Shown here: piece by piece, positions 13,801-26,164 of the stretch | Position numbering within the stretch: position 1 is the stretch's first letter | How the letters are laid out: each line of letters begins with the position of its first letter | Source of the DNA: Reclinomonas americana ATCC 50394 | Taxonomy: Eukaryota | NCBI GenBank assembly: GCA_048213135.1 | Contig: PS015063.1 | Span: 106,281-170,280 of the forward strand | DNA length: 64,000 nt | Reading direction: 5' to 3' | Notes under the pieces: generated by a model | The model's database searches: none | What the model was told of the DNA's origin: nothing | The model's input: only the letters and a program-made list of their open reading frames with translations | Program-made: the position numbers and the translations under genes

Positions 13801-14765
13801 CTGCAAAAAAGCAAAATGATGATGAGGCAAAGAGGAACTGCAGGAGATCACAGTTGAAGTGTAAAAAAAAGCATGCGACACACCCGGACTGCACAAGGAA
13901 CAGGAGGAGTGCAATAGGATGCAAGGGAGGAGAGGAACAGCAAAGCACTGTCGGCAGGTGGCACAGAGGGCACGCGACCACATTGCGATGGACATGAACC
14001 GAGGGAGCGTGTGGAACAAGGAGAGCACACGAGAATACGAAGATGAGAGGCACGATTGGCAGGTATGATTGGAGGGAGCAGGAGGACAAGGATGAGGGAG
14101 GCAACAAAAGTGGAAGAGCATGCCTTCATCATGCTTGCAACAGTCAGCTCTCAGGATGGCGCGAAGAAAGAGAAGCAAACATTCATCTGAGAGAAAGGAG
14201 TGAGAGCAGAGGGAAAACAAGGAGGGCAAGGCGGGATAGAGACAGAGGAGGACGGAAGGAGAGAGAGAGAGCATGCTCTTTCCTGCACGATCTCTTTCCC
14301 CTCTTCCTTGTACCTTCTCTTTCTCCTTGCCTGTCTCACCTCTGCTTCTCTTTGTCTCTCTCTCTCTCTCAGTCTCTCTCATTCTCTCTGTCTCAGTTTC
14401 TCTCTCTCTCTCGCTCATTCTGTCTCTCTCTCTCCCTTCTCTTTCATCTCAATGTCTCCACCTCTCCTTCTCTCCCCCTCGCTCTCTCGGTCTCTCTCAA
14501 TCTCTCTCNNNNNNNNNNNNNNNNNNNNGGAGGAGGAGGAGGAGGAGAAGCGGGAGAAGACATGCCCTTTCTCTCTCACAATGTTGACTGTTGACAAAGA
14601 TATTTTGAATATCTGTCACTCTTACTCCTCTCTTGTTCTTGCTCTCCTTGCTCCTTCCCTTTGCCCTCTCTCACACACACTGCTCACTCTCTCTGTGGCC
14701 CTCTGTCTCTCTGTCTCTCTCTGTGGTGACTCATTGTTTGTTACTTTGTCTCTGTCTTCTCTCTC

Positions 14766-16565
14766 ATGTCGCGAAGAGTGAATGCTGCGCGTGAGTTGTT
14801 GTATGGAACGAATAGTGTGTTGTGTGCATTGCAGGTTGGTGTGTGGGAGGGAGGAAGAGAGAAGAGAGAAGAGAGAAGAGAGAGAAGAGAGAAGAGAGAG
14901 AGGAGGGAGAGAGAGTGACTGAGGATGAGCGACAGAGAGGGAATGAGAGAGACTGAGAGAGAGAGAGAGGTGGGAGGGAAGGAGGGAGAGAGTGACTGAG
15001 GGAGACTGCGAGCGACTGAGAGATTGAGAGAGAGAGAAAGACTGTGACTGATGACAGAAAGAGCATGCCAGAGAAGAGAGAGANNNNNNNNNNNNNNNNN
15101 NNNNNNNNNNNNNNNNNNNNNNNNNNNNNNNNNNNNNNNNNNNNNNNNNNNNNNNNNNNNNNNNNNNNNGAGAGAGAGAGAGAGAGAGAGAGTAGTTGTC
15201 AAGGATGCAGGTACACACTCACACACACACCACAGAGAAGAGAGAGAGAAACTGAAAGAACCAGCAGTGCATAGAGGAGGATGAGCACAGGAGTAAGAGA
15301 GAAAGACAGTCAGACCTTTGACCTCTCCTCCCTCTCCCTCCCTCTTTCTTTCCCCCACCCTCTCTCTTTCTCTCGCCCTCCTCTTGCAGAGCCCATGGCG
15401 CCTCGGTCACGCTCTATTTGTGCAGAACCGCATGGACGAGAGCAAGTCGCGTCGCCCACGCCTTCCTTGGCCCCTCTTTTTCTTCTCACTTATCTCATTC
15501 TCTACACAGACACCACATTCGCCAGCAAATCACGCAGTTGGCACGGGCACGCGACATTCCCTGCATCCCGCACGATCGCTACAGGCTGGACCAGATGACA
15601 CAGAATAAGCCGCACAGGGTGTGGAGGCCATACAGTGCTCTCTCTCTCTCTCTCTCTTCCTTCCCCCTCCTCTCTCTCTCTTCCCCTCTCATTTCCGTTG
15701 CGTGCTGCTGACTGGCGAGTGTCTCAGGGCTTTGTGCTGGAGGTTTCGCCGCTCGTACGACGCTCCATTGACTTTCTCGAGCCGTCCGAGGTGCGAGTGT
15801 CGCCTCCGCCCCTTGTGTTGGCGCTGGATAATGTGGTGGATCCGCAGGTAAGCACCCAGCACAGCATATAGAGAGAAGATGCAGAAGAAACGGCGACACA
15901 CTCTTTCCCTACTGGCAGAATCTCGGCGCCATTCTCCGCTCCGCCCTGTTTTTCGGTGTCTCCACCGTCACGTGCGCCACCCACTCTGCCCCGCTGTCGC
16001 CCGCCGTCAGCTCTGCGAGCGCCGGCGCTCTCGAATTGATGCCTCCGTTCGAGACACCGCATCTGGTCGACTTTCTCATGGTCCGCATGCCACCACCGCT
16101 TCCCCACACGCGCCCGCTGTCTTACACTCCTCCTCGTAGATGTCGAAGGCCAATGGGTGGCGCATTGTCGGAACTAGTGTGCCGTCGCCTGGCAGTCAGG
16201 CGGTGGTAAATGTGCACGATTTGGTCGCTCATGAGCCGGTACGCGGTAGGGAGGTGTCTCTTGTTGTCTCTTGCTTCGCATTCACCGCGCACCAGCCCGC
16301 TCCCACAGTCCTCGTCCTCGGCAGCGAGGGAGCCGGTATGCGACGCCCGGTGGCCCGCACGTGCGATCGATTAGTGTGCATCTCTGGCGCTTTTTCCCCT
16401 GGCAAGCACTCGGCGGTGCCGCACGTGGTGGTCAACGAGGAGACACGCGGTTTGCGAGTGACACACACGGCGCCGCGACAAGAGGTGGCGGAGAGTGCTG
16501 TGGACTCGCTCAATGTCAGCGTGACGGCCGCCATTCTGCTGCACGCCCTCAGCGGCGTCAGATAA
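14766..16565 (+). CDS. MRM1: SpoU/TrmH-family RNA 2'-O-methyltransferase, MRM1/RlmB-like
   Basis: Exons give ELLYGTNSVLCAL, NKPH-QGFVLEV, LALDNVVDPQNLGAILRSALFFG, SSASAGALE, VLVLGSEGAGMR and VDSLNVSVTAAILL, the SPOUT motifs 1-3. Confidence 0.88.
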
Positions 16566-16592
16566 ACGCGTAGACAAACATAATTTCTACGT

Positions 16593-19500
16593 TCATTTGG
16601 CCGCGGGGAGTGTTTCCACGTCTTGCAGTTCGGCAAGTCGCTTGAGGAGTGCCTCTGCGCGTGGCGAAGTGCATAAGTCTCCGTTGATGGAACAGGGAAT
16701 AGAGGGAGAGACGCACCATTTTGTGCGTGCAGATTGTGCATTTGCACGCGCTGCACACTGTCGTGCTCGGCCAGTGAGGCTTTCAACTGTGTTGGATGTG
16801 AGAAGACGCGCTTCTCCTTTCTGTGAGAGACAATGCGCAACTGACTCCAATTCTTGCACCAACGTGTCGCGTTGTGCGGTGAGAGACTGCACCGTTAGTG
16901 CCTCCTCCGTCGGCGACATGGCGGCCACTTCTGCGCAAGCCCGTTCTGCAAGGCACGGAGATGTCAGAAGCGTCGCTCATCGCAATCGACTGCTGGCACA
17001 AACCTGCAATGGCGGCGCGGATATTCTCCGCAAACGCCAGCACATCGTCCTCGTCGTCGCTGTCCATGCCGCTTCCGTCGTCGCTGTCCGAATCGTCGGC
17101 CGCCTGGCAGGTGTTGCGTGAGTCTCAATGTCGTAAGGAGAACTCCACGAACAGCACGCAACCGTCGACAATGCGATGCGCAGTGCTCGTTTGCACTTGC
17201 GGCCCCACTGCTTGCACAAGAATTCGTTTTGCTTGGCGTTCACGGCCACGGAGAGTTTGAAGCGGGCGCTGGCGGCGGTCTCCATCTCCAGGCGGACTAG
17301 GGAAGGGGAAGGTTGGGCAAAGGGGAAGGGTGGGGGAAAGGGGACAGGGGGAGAGAGGGGAGTAAAGGGGAAGTACTTAGTTTAGTACCTTTCAGATCAG
17401 CAATTCTCGCGTCCTGGTCGCGGATCTCTGCTTCCAAACCCTGCAAGCACAAAGAATGAGTACTGCTTCAGAAAGTGTCCAATGATCAGCACTCATCACC
17501 GAGATAGTGGCGGCGTGCTCATGCACTTGGTGCGTCAGTGCCTCGTTCTGGGCCTTCACTGCACGAGCGATACGAAAGAATTAGAAGGCAGAAGAGAGAA
17601 GCGTCAATTCAGCCCACGCAACGTGTGGCAATCTGCTCACAAAACACATTGTGCGTGAGCAACCTTACAATACAAAGACTGTCATTGTGTGCGCACCTGC
17701 TCCTCGAGTTCCGGATCGCGAGCTGGCATCGATGCGCTGGAGGGCGGCGGATGAGCAGACGGATTGTGCGCAGCGCGGTGCTCATCGTTCTTTCGCGCGG
17801 ATTCTGTGAGCGGATGCGGAGTCAGTGATGCAGAGAGTGCAGTGGAGGTAGTGCGGTGCGCAGCTCGCCTTTCAACTTGGCAATCTGCTCCACGTATTGC
17901 GTGGTTTCGTGCTGGTTGGCGCGCAGTTGTGCCACGAGGGTTGCATTGGTTTCTGCGGCAAGGGGGGGAGGGGAAAGGATGATAACAGAGACGGCGGAAG
18001 GACTGCAGAAGGAGAGCAGTGATGTTCTGAAAGATAACGTCGTGCCAGAAAGGGAAGGCGATGCGGTGGTGAGCACAACACCGAAGCAGATGGCGCAAGG
18101 AGACACATCACTATATAGGGCAAGAGGCACTCGAGCAGGACAATAACAACGTATACAAGCTAGCGCAGCACATCAGTGTGAAGGACAAGAGGCGCAAATG
18201 CAGGACAGAGGCAAGACAAATAAGCCAGTGAAGCAGAAAGGCAATAGACACAGGAGCAGGATAATGAAAAGATATATAGGCCTGTAAAGCGCATCAGTGT
18301 GAGAGCACGAGGCGCAAATGCAGGAGAAAGACAAGTTATACAAGCCAATGAAGCACATCAATGTGAAGGGCAAGAGGCACAGGAGCAGGATAATAACAAG
18401 ATATATAGGCCTGTGAAGCGCATCGGTGTGAAGAGCACGAGGCGCAAATGCAGGAGAAAGGTAAGATATGCAAGCCAGTGAAGCGCATCAGTGTGAAGGG
18501 CAAGAGGCACAGGAGCAGGATAATGGCAAGATATAAGCCAGAAACAAGTCACAGTAGAGGCATACGAAGTGTGACACGACCAGTGATGCAGACGTAGACG
18601 AGCAGAACAGCAAAGCAAGACGAACGTCAGGCCAGTGACGTTTTCTGTCGAAGAGCCACGGGGAAGAGTTACGACGCGTGGGTCAAGGGAATTACAGAGA
18701 CGCATAACGAGTAGAGGACGCAGACAACGCAAGCCACAATAATCGAGGTGAGTGATCAAGCGAACGAAATTGTGTGGAAGGAAACTCTATTCGAGGAACT
18801 TGGTGACCATGCAACTCGATCCACAACCGTGGTCGTGAGTCCCGGGCCGCACCCACACTGAATTAACACTCACCTTTCAGTTGTCGCACAGTGGCCTCGT
18901 GCCTCTGCTCTGCCTCTGCATCCACGAAGTCAGACAACTCTAATCAATCGACGGTGCATTTTCCGAAATCACACTCAACTCAGAAGCCCGGCATTGTCCT
19001 GCTTCAGTTCTTTGATCTCCTCGCGCAGCTCATTCAGCGTGCGCAGGTGCTCCGCTGCGGGGACAATGGTCAGTATCGACAGCAAGTTTATGGTGGTGGT
19101 GGTGGTGGTCTGTGGCTCACCTCGCACAGCATCCACCGGTTCACCTTGCAGTTGGGCGATTTGCGCGACGAGTAGTGCTTCGCGCTGCTCGTGATCGTGT
19201 TGCAGGCGAGAGCATTCTTCGCGGAGTTCGACCTGCGGGAGGGAGAAGGGAGAAGGGAGGGGAGGGGAGGGAGGAAGAAGAATAGAAGGAAAACGGTAGC
19301 AGTGAGAGACACAAACGGAAAGAATGAATGAGAGGGAAAGAGAAAGGAGACCGATTGAGGATGCAGGATGACACAAGAGGGAAGGAAGAAGTGGATTTTG
19401 GAGAGTTAGCGAGTGCGTGAGAGAGAACACGAGATCATAACAGACAAAACAAAGAGAGAAAAGGAGTGAGCGCAGAGCACGAGCAACCGAGACGGAGGGA

Positions 19501-22236
19501 GAATGGGACACAGGGCGACAAAGAGAAACACACATAGAGAGCCAGTGAAACGGAGGCACAGAGAGCAGGAGACAGAGGTGGACTATGAGAGAGAACACGG
19601 ATCCTGACAGGCAAAACGAAGAGAGAGAAGGAGCAACAGAGACGGAGGGAGAAAGGCAAGCAGAATGACAGAGAACCCAAACAAAGAGAGCCAATGAAAC
19701 GGAGGCACAGAGGGCAGGAGATAGAGATGGACTGGAAGAGAGAGCGAGAGACGAAGTCATAGATATCGAGCACAACCTGAACGCAGTCAAGGTATCCCAC
19801 GCACAGATACTCTCTGCTTCAGCCACTGTCTAACTCACTCAATCTCTCTTGTTCTCCCCTTCTCACCACAACGTTTGCCACCTCTCTCTCATTCTATTCA
19901 TCCACTCCCTCATTCTCTTTTCATGTTCGAGCTCAGCCAATCTCAAAACAACTCTCTCTCTCTCTCTCCCTTCCCTTCCCCAGCCTCCCTCCTTGCTTCC
20001 CCGCCCACCGATATCTCCCGCTCAGCCAGCAACTCGGTGCGCAGCGAGTACACGTGCTCGCACAGCACGCTGAACGACGTCTCGCCGCGGGCCAGCGACT
20101 CCGACACGGCCCCGTCGCCAAGCGCCTCCATCAGCTGGCGAGTGTGATGGGAGACGAGTGCGGAGCTGTCGCCGCCGTAGTGGGCCTGCGGTGGGGACGC
20201 GATTAATAAAGAAGGAGAGGGAAAGGACAAGCAGTGTCGCGCACCAGCTTGGCCTCGAGAGACGCGCGCTCGACGGTCAGCGACTGGATGCGGGCGCGGA
20301 GGATGTGGGGGTTGTCGCTGTTGACGGCGTTGGGGTCCGTGCGCTGTGAGTGGGGAGGGGGGAGGGGAGGGGAGGGAAAGAGAATGAGAAAGAGGAAAAG
20401 GAATAAGGGGAGAAAGAAAGAAAGAAAGACGGAAAGACAGAGCGGAATAGATGAAGCAAGATAGGAGGAAAGATAGCAAGAAGGGAAAGAAGGAAGCAAG
20501 AGAGCAGCAAAAAGAACGAAGGAAAGAAAGAAAGAGCGGAAACGAGGGAGCAAGAGAAAGAGAGAACAGAGAAACAACGAAAGAAAGCCAGAGGGAAAGA
20601 AAGAAAGCCAAAGAGGAAAAGGAGCAAGAGAGGAAGAAAGACGGACAGAGAGAAAGAGCGGAAAAGAGGGAGCAAGAGAGAAACAGAAAGAAGGAAAGAA
20701 AGCAAGAGGGAAAAAGGAAGCAAGAGAGAGAAAGAGAGAGAGAGAAATCAATCAGCACAAGGAGACAAAAATGCGTGAGGGAGGGGGAGGGAAACGAAAC
20801 GGCGTTGAGGACGTCGAGTTGGGATCGGATGGCGGCGACCCACGCTCGCATGTCTTCGTCGCTGTCGGCGGCCAAGAAGAAGTGCTTGCCGGATTTGAGG
20901 CTGGTGGCGAGCTCAAAGGAGTGCTGGGGCAAAGGTGAGGAGGAATTATGAAGGGACTCGTGGGAGGGGGAGGGACCTTGCGTTTTTCGGGGGAGGGGTT
21001 GACGGCGGAGATGCAGGTGTAGGGGATGATGCCGCGGACTTGGGTGTCCTGGGGGGAGGGGAAGGGAGGAACGAGGCAAAGGGAAAGAGTGGGCAGTCAG
21101 GAACAGCGGTTGCATGACAGCAAGAGGTACGAGCTGAGTCAGTAATGAGGAGTGATCGTATGATAGGCGGAGGAGGAACGAGGCAAGGGAATGAGTGGAC
21201 AGTCAGGGAACAGCAGTTGCATAACAGCATGAGGTATGAGCTCAGATTGTAAAGGAGCGATGGACGAGACAGATGACAAGGAGAAGACTATCAGAATAAG
21301 ATAGCAGTTGTAGGATCTGTGAGAGAGAAGGGGAGGAGACGGAAGGCAGCATTCGCGAGACACTGCGGGTGAAAGCAGAGAGGAGAAGGAACAGAGGGTG
21401 CTGCCAACAAAGGGTGGGGCACGAGGCGAGAGAGAATTAGAGGTTGAAGAAAAGGGATAAAAACGCAGAGAAAAAAGGACAAGCGAGGAAGTACGATGGT
21501 GGAGGCAGAGGGAGAAGTGGGAGGGAGGAAGGAAGAGAGAAGAAACAAGAGAGGCGGACAAGACAAGGCGACAATGAAGGCAGCAGTTGGCTGTGTGTAC
21601 GTGTGTGCGAGAGGAAGAGGGAGGGAGAGGGAAGGAGAAAGAGAGACTGAAGAAAAGGGACAAGAACGCAGAGCGAAAAGGATCGGGCGAGGAAGTACGA
21701 TGGCGTGACAGGTGGAAGCAGAGGGAGAAGTGAGAGGGAGAGACGAGGAGAGGGAGGAGTGAGCGGGAGGCGGACAAGACAATGAACACGGCAGCAGTTG
21801 GATGCGCGTGTCAGTGAGGGCGAGAACATTGAGAGATGGAGTGTGGCAAATTAGGGCGTGCGAGACAGAGAGAGGGAGGAGAGGGAGAGAGAGAGATAGA
21901 GACTGAAGAAAAGGGATAAGAACGCAGAGCGAAAACGATCGGGCGAGGAAGTACGATGGTGTGACAGGTGGAAGCAGAGGGAGGAAGGGAGAGAAGAAAC
22001 AAGAGAGGCGGACAAGACAGAGCGACTGGAGGCAGCAGTTTCGTGAGAGAGAGAAAAGAGAGACAAGAGAAGACAAGAGAGTGGAGAATGAGAGAAACAC
22101 AGTCGCTGAGTGCTGTCTTCCACAGACACACAAATGAAAAGAGAGAGACAAGAGATCATGCATTTCACAGAGAGAGAGCATCTCGCTGCATCTCTCTCAC
22201 ATAAGCACTTGTGTGTGCGTGTATGTGTATGTGTAT

Positions 22237-22275
<39 letters not shown>

Positions 22276-22854
22276 TGTGTATGTCAGTCTCTTCTTCTCT
22301 CCACTCTGTCTCTCTTGTCCTTCTTCTTCTTCTTCTTCTTCTTCTCTCTCTCTCTCTCCCTCTCTCTTCCTTCTTCCCCTCTTCCCTTCTCTCTCTCACT
22401 CTCTCTTCTCTTCCCTCTCTTTCTCACTCTCTCTCTCTCTCTCTTCTCTTCTCTTCCTCTCACTCACCTCCTGCGAGTTAAAGTACGCAATGCCATCGTC
22501 GTTCAGAACGACCCATCGGCGTTGCCAGCGCTTCACAAACTTGCCTCCGCCCAACTTCACAAGTTCGCCCCTGCGAGAGAGAGAAGAGAGAGACAAAGAG
22601 TGTGAGTGAGAGAGGAGGAGGAGGAGGAGAAGAAGAAGAATAAGAAGAAGAAGAAAAGAAGAAGAAGAAGAAGAAGAAGAAGAAGAAGAAGAAGAAGAAG
22701 AAGAAGAAGAAGAAGAAGAAGAAGAACAGAAGATCAAGACTGCTTACTGAGAACAAGAGTCACAGTGAGAGCAGCTTGTTCTTTTGAGAGAGAGAGCGTA
22801 CTGTTTGAGGGCCATTGGCATGCTGTGGAAGGACTGCGCAGAGGCGGCGGCCAT
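16593..22854 (-). CDS. PH-domain protein with long C-terminal coiled-coil region (many small exons)
   Basis: KQGELVKLGGGKFVKRWQRRWVVLNDDGIAYF...HSFELAT...HFFLAADSDEDMRAWVAAIR is a PH domain. Downstream exons are heptad-like (ELREECSRLQHDHEQREALL, LNELREEIKELKQDN, SLTAQRDTLVQELE). Confidence 0.8.
18165..18540. repeat. Intronic minisatellite, ~62-bp monomers alternating as a ~125-bp dimer
   Basis: Recurrent gaagcgcatcagtgtgaag followed alternately by gaggcgcaaatgcagga or gaggcacaggagcaggataat. Confidence 0.85.
21090..22060. repeat. Intronic diverged tandem duplications
   Basis: Three copies of gaagaaaagggataagaacgcagag...gcgaggaagtacgatgg and three copies of gaggcggacaagaca. Confidence 0.7.
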
Positions 22855-22909
22855 GGCGTTCTCCCGCTGTGATAATAAAGCGACGTCGCTTCCTGTAACA
22901 GCGGGACAG

Positions 22910-23023
22910 ACAAAACACTTCATTCACCACATTCCAATAATGCGACAAATGTCAACAATACAACACATAGATAATCTTCTCCAACAGTCATCTTCCCTTT
23001 CAGGAGACAAAGCCACTCAAACG
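22910..23023. repeat. Direct repeat copy 1 (partner at 25553-25686)
   Basis: 32-bp exact core tcttctccaacagtcatcttccctttcaggag at 22975-23006, plus shared flanks acaaaacacttcat and caaag.ca.tcaaacg. Confidence 0.85.
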
Positions 23024-24362
23024 AGAATTCGAATTGTCAAAGAGGATTTTCAATGCTTGTTGTCATCTTCCGTGGAGACGAGCAGTGCAGTGTGTGTTGG
23101 GTTAGTACCGAAGTTAGGCAGGTCCAGTCGTGGTCGACGTTGACGTCGCGATCGCGCGCGATCGGTCGACGTTCATCTGCGCATGCATCTACTGAAGATC
23201 TACAATGTATATGTTGTTCAACTGCAGATCTGACACACGCTCACCAACATGTCACATGGTGGTGTTTTCAGTTTGTGAGGCACAGTTGGTGTTGGATCTG
23301 TCCAAGTGTTACAGCTGTTGCGATGAATTGCAACCGCAGCGCGCTTTGCTGTGAAGAAAGCAGTTTTCTACAGTGTACATGTTCGAAGCTTCGAGAGCGC
23401 TGCCCTCGAGACAGATCTGCGTCACCGTCTGCAACTGTGAGGTGGCTGCTTCAGTTAACGTTGCTTGCTGTTGAACGAGGTGGCAGCCGTTGTCATTGGT
23501 TGAAGAGGAGTACTTGGTCATCAAGACAGCTGTTGCTTGTTTGTTGGTGAATATTAATGAATTGTTGTTGTTGCAAACGCTCTTATAGGTCTGTAGCGGA
23601 CTCCGTATACGTCCTTTCCTTTCCTGTTTGCCTCTGTTGGCTTCCTCTCTTCGCCGAGCAAGTCACCTGGTCGACACTCTCCTGTGGTGACGTCTTCGCT
23701 CGCGCTGACTGCTACTGCTGTCGCAACACGAGAGTCAATGCGTGTTCGTTCGAATTCACTGCAATTGTACCAGTGGTTGGTCCGTGATGATGCATCATGC
23801 ATGTTGTGGTCAGCTTCACATCGGCAGTGGTTTGCACTTGTTGCAGACGCAGTTGCTGATGTCATCGTTCCTGCCGGAGTGATTCCACACTGTGGCAGCC
23901 ACTGGCCTGGCACAATGTACCGGTGGCCGCCACATGCACCAGTACATCGCGAACGGAAGAACTTGGAGTCGCGGTGACGTGAGACGCGAGTTTTTGCTGA
24001 CGTTGCATTCGTTATAATCTTGCTGTTGTTGTTGTTGTTGTCGTCATCATTGTCGTGAGATTGATCATGACATACTGCCGTCGTGTGCAGGATTGTGATG
24101 AGTTCGGATGTAATATAATGACGTCGACCAAAAAAATACATACAATTCACATGCACACCAGTGTTCTGCAAGGCCTTGCATTGCACCCACCTCTACGGCA
24201 GACTCACTGCCATCCAATCATACTCCGCGCTGCACTGGAGCAGTGCATGGTCGCATTGTGATGCAGCAACCCACTATATATTGCGTCTAATTTTCTGCAT
24301 TCCTCTTCATCTTTTTTTCCTCTTCTCTCCGAGCGCAGACACACACGCACTTCCACACCACC

Positions 24363-25343
24363 ATGTTCAAGTCTCTTCTGTTGATCTCGCTCCTGCTGGT
24401 ATGCTGCGCGGTCTCCGCCTATGCTCAGGGCGGTGGTGAGTTGTCTCTTGCATGATCATGAACCCCCCCTTTCCCACAAATCCGAACTAATGCACTTCAC
24501 AATACCACGCAGCTTGCGTTGGCTCACGCTCGGCCTACGTCAACAACGCCTGGGTCACTCAGTACTTCGACAACGGCGCTTGCAACCCGAACGGCCGCTG
24601 CGACTTTATCGCCTCGACGGGCGTCAGCAATGGCTGCGCTTGCCACTCCAACTCGTTCGACAGCAAGCCTGCCAAGTTCTGGGCTGGTCCCTTCTGCACC
24701 TGCCATCCCGACCGCACGTTTCGTCGTCCATCTGCCTCTCCCTCTCTCGCTGTCACCAAGGCCAGAGATTGATATCTTTTCTCGCGATCGTCGCTTTCTC
24801 CCTACATACCACAGGTGCAACAGCCGTGGTGGCTGCAATGCCGCCGGCCAGTGCGTGTGCGACGGCGGCTGGGGCGGCGCCAACTGCCAGATTGCGCCGC
24901 CACAGGGCCTCACCCCTGAGGAGCGCGAGATTGCGTCGTTGGTGAACCTGTTCCGCGACGCGCTGGCGACCGGCAATCCGGACGTGGTCGCCGACCTGTT
25001 TGCGCCCGACGGCATCCTGGAGCCGACGGTCGCCGCGCCACCCATCCGCACCACGCGCGACTCCATTCGCAGCTACTTTGTGGGCTTCCTCGCGCTGAAC
25101 CCACGCCCGCGAATCAACGAGCGCAACATCCGCATCCTCAACCCCGGTGTCGCGGCCATGGACGCCGGCATCTGGACCTTTGACATCACCAGCGAGGGCG
25201 TGGACTCGTTTGTGGTGGCTCGCTACACGCTGGTGTGGCGCAAAGTCAGTGGCGCGTGGCGCATCCAGCTGCTGCACTCGTCGCGGACGCCGGTGGCAGA
25301 GACGACCAAGCGCCCGGTGCTGGATTGGGTCACGTTCCCCTGA
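24363..25343 (+). CDS. Secreted protein: signal peptide, two EGF-like Cys domains and an NTF2-like/CaMKII-association-fold domain (COG4875, iota-carbonic anhydrase-like; SgcJ/EcaC-like); 3 exons
   Basis: MFKSLLLISLLLVCCAVSAYAQG signal; CNPNGRC...CACH...WAGPFC and CNSRGGCNAAGQCVCDGGWGGANC; then EIASLVNLFRDALATGNPDVVADLFAPDGILEPTV...IRSYFVGFL...DAGIWTF...ARYTLVW...WRIQLLHSSRTP. Confidence 0.82.
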
Positions 25344-25494
25344 ACGCGCGCAAAAAAATGGAGCCCTAGGGCACTCTCACTCACTCTTGATGATGAGAAT
25401 CTCAATGAACTTTTGGCGAGACACACAAGAGGGAGTGCTGCGTAACTGCACACAAGTCGATGTTTTCTTTTTGCTTCCGCGGCGATAAGTGTCT

Positions 25495-25545
<51 letters not shown>

Positions 25546-25552
25546 GACAACA

Positions 25553-25686
25553 ACAAAACACTTCATGCACAAATGACCACAAATCCCTAGCCGACAATGA
25601 CCTTGGCACACCAACAATATACAAAACACATAATCACTCTTCTCCAACAGTCATCTTCCCTTTCAGGAGGCAAAGTCAATCAAACG
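25553..25686. repeat. Direct repeat copy 2 (partner at 22910-23023)
   Basis: Same 32-bp core at 25638-25669 with diverged flanks. Confidence 0.85.
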
Positions 25687-25933
25687 CGTGGTCAACTCAA
25701 AAGAATTGCGTGGCGCAAATGGTGACAGCGGTCTGCATGGACCTCTCTGTGTCTCTCTCTCTCTCTCTCTGTCTTTCAATCTCTCTCTCTGTGTCTCTGT
25801 GTCTTTTCAATCTCTGTCCGCAGCTCTCTCGCTCTGTCTGTGTCTCACTACCTCTGTTTGTCTGTTCTGTCTGTCAGCTGTCTCACCTTCTTTGTCTGCC
25901 CTCCCCCCCCCCCCCCCCTCCTCTCTTCCTGTC

Positions 25934-25968
<35 letters not shown>

Positions 25969-26164
25969 GCGTGTATGTGCGTATCTCTCCCTCCCTCTCT
26001 CTTTCTCTCTCTCTTTGCCTGTCTCTCTCCCCCAATACACACAAAAGGCGACCTTGGCTTTGGTCCTCGTTCTCATAACACAACTTTTTAATCTAGAATG
26101 CCCAAAACAATCAAACCCCCCGCTTTCAAAACAAACAACAAACCTAAACACCCTCTCCCTATCC

